The notes: generated by a model not told the origin, from the letters alone. 64,000 nt of DNA from an uncultured Pseudomonadota bacterium (GCA_963785055.1 CAWATT010000003.1:252157-316156); one strand, 5' to 3'; positions 49,250-58,717 are shown, numbered from the stretch's first letter. Translations and numbers: made by a program.

Positions 49250-50943
49250 GACCCTGACCGTTCGACGAGAGTGCCCAGGTCGAAGCCGAAGTTCTTGCGG
49301 TAGGCCAGTGCAACGGTCTTGAACTGCCCCTCTCGCTGGCCCAGCTCCACACAGTGACGCTTGTAGATCTCCCCGGCATCGCGGTTGAGCCAGTGGACGA
49401 CCACGCCTTCCAGTCGCTGACTTTCGCGCTTGCCCTTGTACTCCATGTTCAGGTCCGCGAGCCTGCCATCCACCGCGAGCGCCACCTCACGCTGGTCAGG
49501 CCTCGCCTTGCCGTCGAGCTCGAGATACAGGCAATAGCGCCGTTCAGTCTCGTCGGCCAGCATCATCACGAATCGTCCTGTGACGCCGTACAGCTCCAGC
49601 GAGGAACGCACGGCCGCCAGCACCTGGGACTCGTAGAGCTTCTCGCCGGTCATGCTTGTGACGCCTTTGCCCTTCTGGACGAAGCGCAGGAGTGGCGTTT
49701 GATGCAGGCGTCCCACGACCCGCACCAGGTCGTTGATGAAGTAGCGATACAGTCCCGAGGGCGTCGTGACGATCACGTAGTACTCGAGACCCTTGCGCAA
49801 CTGCTCCAGCGTCAGGAATACCGGTTCAGCGCGATCCCAGAGGTCCCGTTCCACGAACTCGAAGAAGTGCGTTTCAAGGGTCGGAATTCCGGTGCCGGAA
49901 CGGCGGCCGAGCGTGATCGTGCCGCGGAACTCGCTGGCGATGTAGCCGATGTCGATGATTCGTGCACGAGGGGGCAGTTCACCCCGCAGGGCATCCAGGG
50001 CAAAGCCCGAGCTGCCGAATGTCCAGGTCCCGACCAGGCGCAGCTTCGGCCAGAGGTCGGCAATCCGGGTCTCGACTCCGGTGGATTGCACGCGATCGAG
50101 TTCGTCGGCGCGGGACGCGTCAGCCGTAAGCCGCCCGGCCACTGCCTCGCTGATCCCTGCAGGCAGGTCCAGTTCGCGAAAGAAGCCGCCGCGCCTGACA
50201 TCGTCGATCAGGGCTTCATGATGCTGCCGGAATAGCCGGACCAGGGTCAGTATCGTGACGGGGTTGGCGGTTGCAATGTAGGTCAGGTCGGCGCGCGACA
50301 GGGCCAACCTCAGGATCAGAAGGTACTTCAGCTGGCAGTCCTTGATGGTCAGGACAATCGGCGGCACAACGAACTTGTTCCGGACGATGCGGGGCGTGCT
50401 GCCGGCCACGAAGCCAGAAGCCGATCCAAAGGGTCGGCCGTTGGCAAGCACGCCCTCCAGGGGTGGGCTGACGATGGCCAGCATGGCGCCGGAGAACGCC
50501 TCGGGACACTGTCGATGCTGAAAGGCGATGGCAGTCTCCTGGATGTCGCGCAGCGACTTCAGGTGTGACGCCGTAAGCGGCAGGTCTTTCGGTTGGTCAG
50601 TCGTCCCGCTGGTCCGCACATAGCAGAGCGGCATCTCCGCCGTCAGGGCCGCTTCTCCCAGTTCGATCTCCGCGGCAACGTAGGGTCGTAGCTGCTCGAA
50701 AGTGCTGACTGGAACGCGGGAGGCGAATTCCCCGTAGCTGGAGATCGAGTCGAAACCGTGCTGGCGGCCGAACGTCGTGTGCCGGTTCGCGGCAAGGATC
50801 CGCAGCAGCAGGCGTCGCTGGGCATGCATCGGCGCCCTGGAAACGCGTGCGAGTCGAACCCCGCTCATCGCCCTCACGGCGCGCAGCTTCAGCTCGAGCG
50901 CTGCATTGGCGAACCAGTCCGTGACGACAGCCGGGGTGGACAT
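49246..50943 (-). CDS. GH3-family acyl-acid amido synthetase (adenylate-forming)
   Basis: Within ORF 49246..50985, the start is MSTPAVV at 50943. LLLRILAANRHTTFGRQHGFDSISSYGEFASRVPVSTFEQLRPYV and the adenylation motif YVRTSGTTDQPKDLPLT are present. Its stop overlaps the enolase gene start (ATGA). Confidence 0.88.
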   Translation of the reverse strand: MSTPAVVTDWFANAALELKLRAVRAMSGVRLARVSRAPMHAQRRLLLRILAANRHTTFGRQHGFDSISSYGEFASRVPVSTFEQLRPYVAAEIELGEAALTAEMPLCYVRTSGTTDQPKDLPLTASHLKSLRDIQETAIAFQHRQCPEAFSGAMLAIVSPPLEGVLANGRPFGSASGFVAGSTPRIVRNKFVVPPIVLTIKDCQLKYLLILRLALSRADLTYIATANPVTILTLVRLFRQHHEALIDDVRRGGFFRELDLPAGISEAVAGRLTADASRADELDRVQSTGVETRIADLWPKLRLVGTWTFGSSGFALDALRGELPPRARIIDIGYIASEFRGTITLGRRSGTGIPTLETHFFEFVERDLWDRAEPVFLTLEQLRKGLEYYVIVTTPSGLYRYFINDLVRVVGRLHQTPLLRFVQKGKGVTSMTGEKLYESQVLAAVRSSLELYGVTGRFVMMLADETERRYCLYLELDGKARPDQREVALAVDGRLADLNMEYKGKRESQRLEGVVVHWLNRDAGEIYKRHCVELGQREGQFKTVALAYRKNFGFDLGTLVERSGS

Positions 50944-50947
50944 GGGG

Positions 50948-51793
50948 TTACCTGAACGGCGCACGCATCTGCCGCAGGAAGCCACGGGGGTAGGCGCGGT
51001 CCATTACGCCGAGGTCCTTGACCGACTCGTGTTGCGGCAGATACCAGGTGCCGAATACCAGGTCCCAGACAATCGTCGTGTTGCTGAAGTTGCAGGCCGC
51101 GACCTGCGGATCGCGCGCATGGTGCCAGCGATGCGTCTCCGCGCTGCCAACCACGTAATTGAGCCAGCCGTACCGAAGCCGAAGGTTGCTGTGCTGGAAG
51201 AAGCCATTGACGGAGTAGAGCAGGAAGTAGCCTGCGATCACCCGCGGGTCGACCCCCAGCATCAGGAACGGCACCGTATCCACCGCAAAGTGCAGCATCT
51301 TCTCCAGCGGATGAAAGCGCCCGACGTTGAGCACGTAGAGGATGTCCGGCGAGTGGTGCACCGCGTGCAGCCGCCAGAGAGCGGGAAATCGATGGCATGC
51401 GCGGTGCAGCCAGTAGCGAAGGAAGTCCACGATCAGGACCATCACCACTGTCTGCACCATCAGCGGCCAGCCATGCGGCCAGAATCCCGCGGCCGTGTGG
51501 GCGTGCGTCCATGAGGACAGCAACAACACCGTCACGAGGAGCAGCATGCGCGGCAGCGCCACCTGGACCAGCGCGAGAAATGCGGCGTCGGCCCTGACGT
51601 CGGCCGCCTGCGGCCGCCAGAGAAGCCGCTCCGGAAATCGACGCTCCAGCGCGAGCAGCGCCACGCCTGCAAGGAAAACGGGCGCGTAGGTCGCCAATGC
51701 CATCGGGGCACCTGCTTCGAGCAGCAACCCGAAGCCCACAACGGCAAGGACCATGGTCGCCGGATACCAGGTGCGCGCAAGGATCGTTGTCAT
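50948..51793 (-). CDS. fatty-acid-hydroxylase/sterol-desaturase-family membrane di-iron oxygenase
   Basis: Three His boxes: WLHRACHRF, LHAVHHSPD and THRWHHARD, with multiple TM segments. An alternative start is at 51850. It ends 4 nt before the GH3 start. Confidence 0.88.
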   Translation of the reverse strand: MTTILARTWYPATMVLAVVGFGLLLEAGAPMALATYAPVFLAGVALLALERRFPERLLWRPQAADVRADAAFLALVQVALPRMLLLVTVLLLSSWTHAHTAAGFWPHGWPLMVQTVVMVLIVDFLRYWLHRACHRFPALWRLHAVHHSPDILYVLNVGRFHPLEKMLHFAVDTVPFLMLGVDPRVIAGYFLLYSVNGFFQHSNLRLRYGWLNYVVGSAETHRWHHARDPQVAACNFSNTTIVWDLVFGTWYLPQHESVKDLGVMDRAYPRGFLRQMRAPFR

Positions 51794-51859
51794 CCTTCGT
51801 CCCGGACGTAGCGGCGTTTGGTGCGCAGTCTGGAGGCTGGGTCCCTGCATCGGCTGCGC

Positions 51860-54800
51860 TCACGCGTCGATGGACCGCAGCAGTTGCTGCGTCTGCGGTG
51901 ATGGCTCGGACTGCAGGCTCACGCGCAGCGTCTCGCGGCAGCGCTGATATACATCGAGGGCCTCGGCCTTGTGGCCGTGTCGCAGATGCAGGCTCATCAG
52001 CTGGCGGTAGAGGCTCTCCGACAGCGGATCAATCTCGATACCGTGATGGAGAAGCCTTGTGGCGTCCTCGGGTCCGGCTCCGCGCTCCAGTGCCTGCGCC
52101 GCCGAGCCGATGAAATGGATCACGCGTGCATGGAGCTGCTGTCGCGGGGCCGCGACCCATGCAAGGTCGAGATCCTGCTGGAGCAGCGGACCACGGTAGA
52201 GCCGCATCACCCGATCCGTGGCCCGCAGCAACGCCTCGTGGGTTACCGCGCCGGGACCCGTCGTCGTCGCCGCCGGCTGGGTCAACTGTCGCCACTGGCC
52301 CAGCGCCTCATCCAGGGCCCACAGGTCCAGCCAGAAGCGGCTCGCGTCGAGACTGAGCATTCCGGATTGCAGCGTGATGGCGCTGTCGTCTCCAAGCAGC
52401 TTGCGCAGCCGGTGCAGCGTCGTCGTCAGGGAGCGTTGTGCATAGTCGCTGTCGATGCGCGGCCACATGGCGTCCGCTATCCGGGCAAGTGGAACCTGCT
52501 GGCCGTTCAGGCAGGCGATGGCCTTCAGCAGTTCCAGGGCGCGGCTCTGGGTGCGTGCACCCGGTGCGGCGTCCTCCCGGGATGTGGACTCCAGCGAGAA
52601 GTGACCCAGCACCCGGATTTTCCAGATCCACGGCCAGATTTCGAGGCGACATGATGGCGGATCGGGTGTCAGGTTGCGGCTCCTGACCAGGCTCGCCACG
52701 TAGGCCGTCTCGATCTTCCTCTCCAGTGCAAAGGCACAGAGACGTGCAAGTTGCTCCGGCAGCCAGAACATCGCGAAACTGAAGCCACGCTCCCGCCCCA
52801 GTGCAAGCGCTTCACGCAGCTTGATCTCGGCAGCGTCGTCATCGCCCTGTTCACGCGCGAGCTGCGCCAGGGCGAGCAGGGAGAGGAAATCGAACAGTCG
52901 GCTACGTATGGGCTGCCCGATCCGCTGCACCCTTGCGATCTGCTCCTGGGCGGCCTTGAGCTCGCCGATCGCCATCTGTGCCTGTGCCAGGGCAAGGCCG
53001 GCCAGTGCCTGGAAGAAGGGCGCCCCAAGTTGCTCCGCCAGTTGCGTTGCTTCCCGGGCATGCTCGTGCGCCCGCCAGCGGTCGCCACGTAGCAGGGCAT
53101 CCCACCCGAGGAAGTATTGCTGCATGCAGGCGCCGAACCGGCGCGGATCGGCCTCTGAAGCTGCCGCGCGCCGCAGCAGTTCTGCAGACGTGTCCCGATC
53201 TCCAGCGGCCAGCGAAGCGCCGGCCCCGTAGAGCATGAGCGTGCTGCGCCACAGGCTCACGCCGGCCCGCTCCGCCATGTCGAGGCCGTCATAGACCGCC
53301 TCGAGGCAAAGGTCCTGTCGGCCCTGCAACATGTGGAACATCGACTCCAGCTGCCGCAAGGTCACGAGTGCGACGGCCGGGACGGAGCGTTCTTCCGCCA
53401 GCGCGCGCAGCGACTCGATCAGCGTGGAAGCCCGCGCGAACCGCCCGGTCCAGATGAGGACCGTCACGACATAGAGTCCTGCAGTCATGCGCACACGCGG
53501 ATCGAAACCTTCCTGCATCAGCGCGAGGGTCCGCTCGCCCCATTCGTAAAGGTCCGGATGCTGCGGCTGCCGCAGGATCATCGCCATGAAGAGACTCTGC
53601 GTGACGCGTGCTTCAATTTCCGGGCTGGACCAGCCGCAGCTTGCGATGAGCTGTTCGGCCTCGGCGATCCAGCGATCCAGCGGGTGCAGGTCGTTGGGAT
53701 CGTGGACCAGCACGTCCATCAGTCCGGCAAGCGCGAGGAACGCCCCGGTGTTGCCGCTGTTACCCGACTGGGCGCGAAAGCCGCGGTAGCTGCGCTCGAA
53801 CTGCAGTGTCGCCTCCGCCGGCGCGCTCGCGAACCTCGCATTGGCCACCCAGTAGGCTAGCCACGGATCGGAGTCGCGAACCTCCGGGGACATGGCCTCG
53901 ACCCAGCGTACCAGCGTCTCGCCGCGGCCCTGTGACAGCAGCTGTTCGGCATGCTGCAGTGTCAGGTTCTTCAATGCCGGCCAGTCCTGGCCCTCCATCA
54001 GGAGTTGTGCAGCGGCATCGACCTGCCCAAGCTCCAGCAGCAGTTGGGCCGCACGCCCGCGCGCCTGCCGCAGGTCAGCCACGCTGTATACCTCGCGCGC
54101 CTTGCGCAACAGGAATTCCCGGGCCAGCGGATGCAGCTGGTAGAACAGCTCGTCGCCAGTCGGCATCGGAATCAGCAGGTAGGCATAGGGCTGCAGCCCG
54201 TCGAGCAGTGCCGCGACATCCACATCCGGACACAGGCGTTGCGCCAGGGCGGTGCTGAACTGCGGCAGCATCGCGATGCTCAGCAACAGGTCGCGGGTCG
54301 GCGTATCGAGCTGGCGGAAGATCTCCTCGCCGAAGTAGTCGAACGCCAGCGCCGGGGAGGGATTCAGCACTCCCGGATCAGTCAGCGCCCGACGATCGGA
54401 CAGCAGCATCGCCAGCGCCACCACCCACCCCTGGGTCCGACGATAGAGCGTCTCCAATGCCCCTTCGTCGAACTGCAGGCCGCGCAGCGCGATGATCCCG
54501 TCCTGTTCCTCGCGCGTCAGCTGCAACTCATCCCAGTCCACGACCACAAGCCGGTCGTTGGCGCGGTACCTGGCCAGCGCCGCTGGGGGGCCGGAGCGCC
54601 CCACGACGAACACGCAACCGCCTGTCGGCACCTCGCTCAAGGCAGCCTGCAGCAGTGTCTTGAGCGCGGAGGCTTCCGCGCCATCCTGGAAGTTGTCCAG
54701 CACGATCGCGAATGGCGCGCGCAGCCGGTTACAGAGATCGCGCAGGTAGCGCCGCGTGAATCCCTCCAGGTCCGCGAGGTTCTCCGGTGCCAGCAGCGGC

Positions 54801-55093
54801 AGTGGATCACCCTTCGCGCCGCGCTGCTGGATGGCCTGGCTTACGAAATAGAAGAATGTGGCGGGATCCGCATCGCTGCTGTCCACCTGGTACCAGATCG
54901 TGTCCATTGGCCTGTGGGACAGGTAGTCGGCGACCAGCGTCGTCTTTCCTGATCCAGGGGGACCCGCGATCCAGACCATCGGACGGGAGACGGCGCTGTC
55001 GAGAAGATCGAACAGTCGCGACCGGGCGAGCGCGTTGACCGGAACAGGTCTCGCCGTCTTTGCATACTGAACTTGCATGCTGGTGCCCGTCAT
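51860..55093 (-). CDS. large STAND-type transcriptional regulator: MalT-like P-loop NTPase + TPR-like helical array + C-terminal SARP (winged helix + BTAD)
   Basis: Intact 1077 aa. The N-terminus reads ALARSRLFDLLDSAVSRPMVWIAGPPGSGKTTLVADYL (Walker A) ...FAIVLDNFQD (Walker B-like). The C-terminus reads KIRVLGHFSLE...ALELLKAIACL...LTTTLHRLRKLLG...RFWLDLW...YRGPLLQ...LYRQLMSLHLRHGHKAEALDVYQRCRETL. Confidence 0.85.
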   Translation of the reverse strand: MTGTSMQVQYAKTARPVPVNALARSRLFDLLDSAVSRPMVWIAGPPGSGKTTLVADYLSHRPMDTIWYQVDSSDADPATFFYFVSQAIQQRGAKGDPLPLLAPENLADLEGFTRRYLRDLCNRLRAPFAIVLDNFQDGAEASALKTLLQAALSEVPTGGCVFVVGRSGPPAALARYRANDRLVVVDWDELQLTREEQDGIIALRGLQFDEGALETLYRRTQGWVVALAMLLSDRRALTDPGVLNPSPALAFDYFGEEIFRQLDTPTRDLLLSIAMLPQFSTALAQRLCPDVDVAALLDGLQPYAYLLIPMPTGDELFYQLHPLAREFLLRKAREVYSVADLRQARGRAAQLLLELGQVDAAAQLLMEGQDWPALKNLTLQHAEQLLSQGRGETLVRWVEAMSPEVRDSDPWLAYWVANARFASAPAEATLQFERSYRGFRAQSGNSGNTGAFLALAGLMDVLVHDPNDLHPLDRWIAEAEQLIASCGWSSPEIEARVTQSLFMAMILRQPQHPDLYEWGERTLALMQEGFDPRVRMTAGLYVVTVLIWTGRFARASTLIESLRALAEERSVPAVALVTLRQLESMFHMLQGRQDLCLEAVYDGLDMAERAGVSLWRSTLMLYGAGASLAAGDRDTSAELLRRAAASEADPRRFGACMQQYFLGWDALLRGDRWRAHEHAREATQLAEQLGAPFFQALAGLALAQAQMAIGELKAAQEQIARVQRIGQPIRSRLFDFLSLLALAQLAREQGDDDAAEIKLREALALGRERGFSFAMFWLPEQLARLCAFALERKIETAYVASLVRSRNLTPDPPSCRLEIWPWIWKIRVLGHFSLESTSREDAAPGARTQSRALELLKAIACLNGQQVPLARIADAMWPRIDSDYAQRSLTTTLHRLRKLLGDDSAITLQSGMLSLDASRFWLDLWALDEALGQWRQLTQPAATTTGPGAVTHEALLRATDRVMRLYRGPLLQQDLDLAWVAAPRQQLHARVIHFIGSAAQALERGAGPEDATRLLHHGIEIDPLSESLYRQLMSLHLRHGHKAEALDVYQRCRETLRVSLQSEPSPQTQQLLRSIDA

Positions 55094-55095
55094 GT

Positions 55096-55713
55096 TCAGA
55101 AACGGAACCTGAAGCCCAGGTTCAGGCTGCTCGAACTCCAGTCGCTCCCTTCCGCCACTATCGGCTGGTACTCAAGGTCGAACGCGACCCTCGGGCTCAC
55201 GATCCAGCTGACCCCGACTCCATAGGAGAATGAACCGCTGGAATCGGAAGCCGAGACCTCCCCGTAGACGTCCTCGGCACTGACCTCGAGAGTTGCCTGT
55301 GAGTAACCAACCAGTGCATACAGATCCCAGTTCTCTGCTATCGGAAGATAGGCCTGTGCGAACACTCCGTATACGCTGGCAAGCCTGAGGTCGACTTCCG
55401 GGGGTCCCAGGTCGATGTCGAAATCGATGTCGAAGTCTTCCGAGAGGTCCAGGACCGCGTCCGAGCTGGCGCCGGCGCGCACACCAACAGCAAGATAACG
55501 ACTGAAACGCCAGCCACCCTGGACAAAGACATAACCCAGGTCCTGCGAGCGCATGCCTGTCGATTCCAGGCTCAGGCTCCCTATTCCCGCTCCCGCGAAC
55601 CAGCCGGTGCGATTCTCCTCCGTGGAAGTCGGCATACCGCCCGCGGCCTGGGCCGCAAGTGGCAGGCATGCGGAAGTCGCAAGGGCAATGACCGAACGGC
55701 TAATGGCATTCAT
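55096..55713 (-). CDS. small outer-membrane beta-barrel protein
   Basis: The start is MNAISRSVIALATSACLPLAAQA (signal peptide). Amphipathic strands alternate through the body, and the terminal motif is LNLGFRFRF*. It ends 2 nt before the regulator start. Confidence 0.7.
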   Translation of the reverse strand: MNAISRSVIALATSACLPLAAQAAGGMPTSTEENRTGWFAGAGIGSLSLESTGMRSQDLGYVFVQGGWRFSRYLAVGVRAGASSDAVLDLSEDFDIDFDIDLGPPEVDLRLASVYGVFAQAYLPIAENWDLYALVGYSQATLEVSAEDVYGEVSASDSSGSFSYGVGVSWIVSPRVAFDLEYQPIVAEGSDWSSSSLNLGFRFRF

Positions 55714-55805
55714 ACTTGTTCTCCCCTGTATTGTTTCGGGCAAGGGGAAGTATTCGCGCCAGGGGCTTACCGGCCGCCCAGCGCCGGGTTACAGATGACT
55801 TACTC

Positions 55806-57348
55806 ATGAACCGCAAACCACTGTTCCTCCTTCTCGTCCTGCTGGCGGCCTGTGGGAGTGGAAGCCTGGGTGAGCCTGTGGAGCCCCCGCTCCCGCCAGG
55901 GCCACCGGTCAGCGGTCCGGCGTGGCCGGCATTCGGCGGCAATTCACAGCACACGGCACTTGCCAGCACGGCCGCCCAACCGTTGGGTCGCATCCTCTGG
56001 CGCACTCCCGTCGACCTGGCGCCGCAGTACGGGGGCGGCGGCAGCTACCTGCTCACGCACTACGGCTCGCCGGTAATTTCTTCCCGCAACACGGTCCTTG
56101 TCCCGGTCAAGACCGCGGCCAACGGCTCGTTTCGCTTCGAGGCCCGCAACGGTTCCAATGGCGCCTTGCTCTGGAGCGCAACCAGCGACTACGTCGTGCC
56201 TCCGCACAACTGGTTTCCGAGTTTCAATCTGACCCTTGCGCAGACGGGCCGCGTCTATGCGCCAGGGATGGGCGGAAAGCTCTACTTCCGCGATGACGTC
56301 GATTCGGCCACGGGTAGCGTCCAGACCGTCGTGTTCTATGGCGCAGCCGTCTATGCCGCATCGAAGAGCCAGTTGGATGCTGCCGTCACAATCAGTACGC
56401 CGGTGACCGCCGATGCGGCAGGCAACGTGTTCTTCGGCTTCATCGCCACCCAGCCGAACCCGGCCGGCCTCAGCAGCGGAATCGCCCGAATCTCGGCAAA
56501 TGGCACCGGCACCTGGGCTGCGGCCAGCGTGATTTCAAATGATGCCGGAATCGATCGTCTCGCCATGAACAGCGCGCCCGCGCTGTCCGCGGACGGCGCC
56601 TTTGTGTACGTCGCGGTCAGCAACGCGCAGGGAAACGGCTATCTGCTGCGCCTGAACAGCACGACGCTGGAGCGCACCGCAAGCGTCAGCCTGCTGGATC
56701 CGCGAACGGGCACGCCTGCCCTGGTCTCCAGTGACGCCACGTCCTCGCCCACGGTTGGCCCCGATGGGGATGTGTATTTCGGCGTTCTGGAAGCCAACCG
56801 GCCGTCACACAACTATCGCGGATGGCTGCTGCACTTCGACGCCGAGTTGGGTCAGACGAAGATTCCGGGCGGGTTCGGCTGGGATATCACGGCCTCGACC
56901 ATTCCGGCCTGCGGCGGTGCCTTCCTACACGGGCACTTCTTCCTACCTGATCGTGACCAAGTACAACAATTATGGCGGCGCGGGCAGCGGCGATGGCCAG
57001 AATCGCATGGCCGTGCTGGATCCCACCCGCTCACAGCCAGACCGGATTTCCGGGAATCCGACCATGCTGGAGGTCATGACGATACTTTCGCCGACACCCG
57101 ATCCCGGTTACGCCGGCGGCGTGAAGGAATGGTGCGTCAACACCGCTGTTGTCGATCCCGTTACGCGGTCTGTTCTCGTCAACAACGAGGATGGCCAGAT
57201 GTATCGCTGGAATCTCGTGACCAACACGCTGTCCGAGCAGATCCGCTTCACCAACGGATTGGGCGAATCCTACACGCCCACGGCGCTTGGCCCGGATGGC
57301 GTGATCTACGCCATCAACAACGCGATGCTGTTCGCGGTGGGAAGCTGA
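55806..57348 (+). CDS. beta-propeller (PQQ-like/BamB-like repeat) lipoprotein, one frame change near 56925
   Basis: MNRKPLFLLLVLLAACGSG (lipobox). WPAFGGNSQHT and repeated G..Y / DG.L.W propeller-like strands follow. The C-terminal part is in ORF 56731..57348 (..GPDGVIYAINNAMLFAVGS*). Confidence 0.6.
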
Positions 57349-57377
57349 GAACGGTCGCCCAGGACCTGCTCCTAGCC

Positions 57378-58214
57378 GTGACCAGCACATTCGAAAAGCC
57401 CGAGCGCGCAGACTGGACAATCGACCAGGGATGGGACCACTACACGACGGCCCAGCACGCCGTCTGGAAGGTGCTTTTCGAACGGCAACTGGAAGTGTTG
57501 CGGGGTCGCGCCTGCAGCGAATTCATCGCCGGTATGCGGTCTCTGCCCATCGGCGCCGACCGGATTCCAGACTTTCGTCGACTGAGCGACGCCTTGATGA
57601 AAGCAACCGGCTGGGAGGTGGTTGCGGTACCCGGGTTGGTGCCCGACGAGGTGTTTTTCGAGCACCTTGCGAATCGCCGCTTCCCGGCCGGCAATTTCAT
57701 TCGTGGCGCCGACGAATTGGAATACCTGGAAGAGCCGGACGTCTTTCACGACGTCTTCGGCCACGTGCCGATGCTGATGCATCCCGTGATCGCCGACTAT
57801 ATCCAGGCCTATGGGCAGGGTGGACTGCGAGCGCAGCGTCTTGGCAACCTGGCCCAGCTGGCGCGCGTCTACTGGTACACGGTCGAGTTCGGGCTCGTCC
57901 AGCAGGCCGACGGGTTGCGGATCTACGGCTCCGGCATCGCGTCATCATCATCCGAGAGCGTATTTGCCATCGACGATCCATCCCCGAACCGCATTCGCTT
58001 CAACCTGGACCGTGTCATGCGGACGCTGTACCGCATCGATGCGTTCCAGGAGACCTATTTCGTCATCCGCGATCTCGAAGAGCTGCTGGACCTGGCGCAG
58101 GTGGATTTCGCGCCGGTCTATGAGCGTATTGCAGGACTGTCGGAAATCGCCCCGGGCGAGCTGCTGCCAACCGACGTCCTGATCAGTCGCGGCACTGGCC
58201 GGTATCACCTGTAG
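57378..58214 (+). CDS. phhA: phenylalanine 4-monooxygenase (pterin-dependent aromatic amino-acid hydroxylase)
   Basis: Proposed GTG start at 57378, inside the 832-aa read-through ORF 55716..58214. Motifs are YTTAQHAVWKVLFERQLEVLRGRACSEF, RIPDF, LEYLEEPDVFHDVFGHVPML (His ligands) and RVYWYTVEFGLV (Glu ligand). Confidence 0.92.
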   Translation: MTSTFEKPERADWTIDQGWDHYTTAQHAVWKVLFERQLEVLRGRACSEFIAGMRSLPIGADRIPDFRRLSDALMKATGWEVVAVPGLVPDEVFFEHLANRRFPAGNFIRGADELEYLEEPDVFHDVFGHVPMLMHPVIADYIQAYGQGGLRAQRLGNLAQLARVYWYTVEFGLVQQADGLRIYGSGIASSSSESVFAIDDPSPNRIRFNLDRVMRTLYRIDAFQETYFVIRDLEELLDLAQVDFAPVYERIAGLSEIAPGELLPTDVLISRGTGRYHL

Positions 58215-58330
58215 GACGCCTCCCACCGGTTTTCAGGACGGCGGCACGGCCAACTGCAGCCAGTGCCTGCTGATGCGCTCGCCATGCAACTGCTCCAATG
58301 CGTGCTCCACACGACGCACAAGGGACAGTC

Positions 58331-58717
58331 ATGAAACTTCAACTTCTTCTCGCCTCAGGCACTTGCCTGCTGCTGGGCGCATGTGCGACCCAGGACCTGC
58401 GCTCGACGGAAGCAATCGCTCGCGCCGAGAACAGCATCAGCCAGGCCGACCAGGCGGGCGCCCGCCGCTACGACCCCGCCGCGCTGGATTCGTCCAAGAA
58501 GAAACTGAACGATGCAAAGATCGCCGAGGACAAGGGAGAGCAGACGCAAGCCCTTTACCTTGCCCAGCAGGCAGAGCTGGAGGCCGAGATGGCCACCGCC
58601 AAGGGTCGCACGGCCGAGGCCAACAAGGCTGCGGAAGAGGTGCGCGCCAGCACCGAGGCGCTGCGAACTGAAAGCGCGCGCGAGCGGCCCCAGTCAACAG
58701 CCGGAACGGGAGAATGA
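58331..58717 (+). CDS. DUF4398-family lipoprotein
   Basis: MKLQLLLASGTCLLLGACATQ (lipobox), followed by a helical Ala/Glu/Lys-rich body (AIARAENSISQADQAGARRYDPAALDSSKKKLNDA). Confidence 0.7.
   Translation: MKLQLLLASGTCLLLGACATQDLRSTEAIARAENSISQADQAGARRYDPAALDSSKKKLNDAKIAEDKGEQTQALYLAQQAELEAEMATAKGRTAEANKAAEEVRASTEALRTESARERPQSTAGTGE

Noticed and set aside
55716-58214. 832-aa ORF that looks like a fusion of a beta-propeller lipoprotein with phenylalanine hydroxylase.
   Set aside because: The middle third (about 56925-57377) is nonsense Arg-rich read-through. The real propeller C-terminus is in ORF 56731..57348 with its own stop. phhA begins after that stop, so these are two genes plus an indel.
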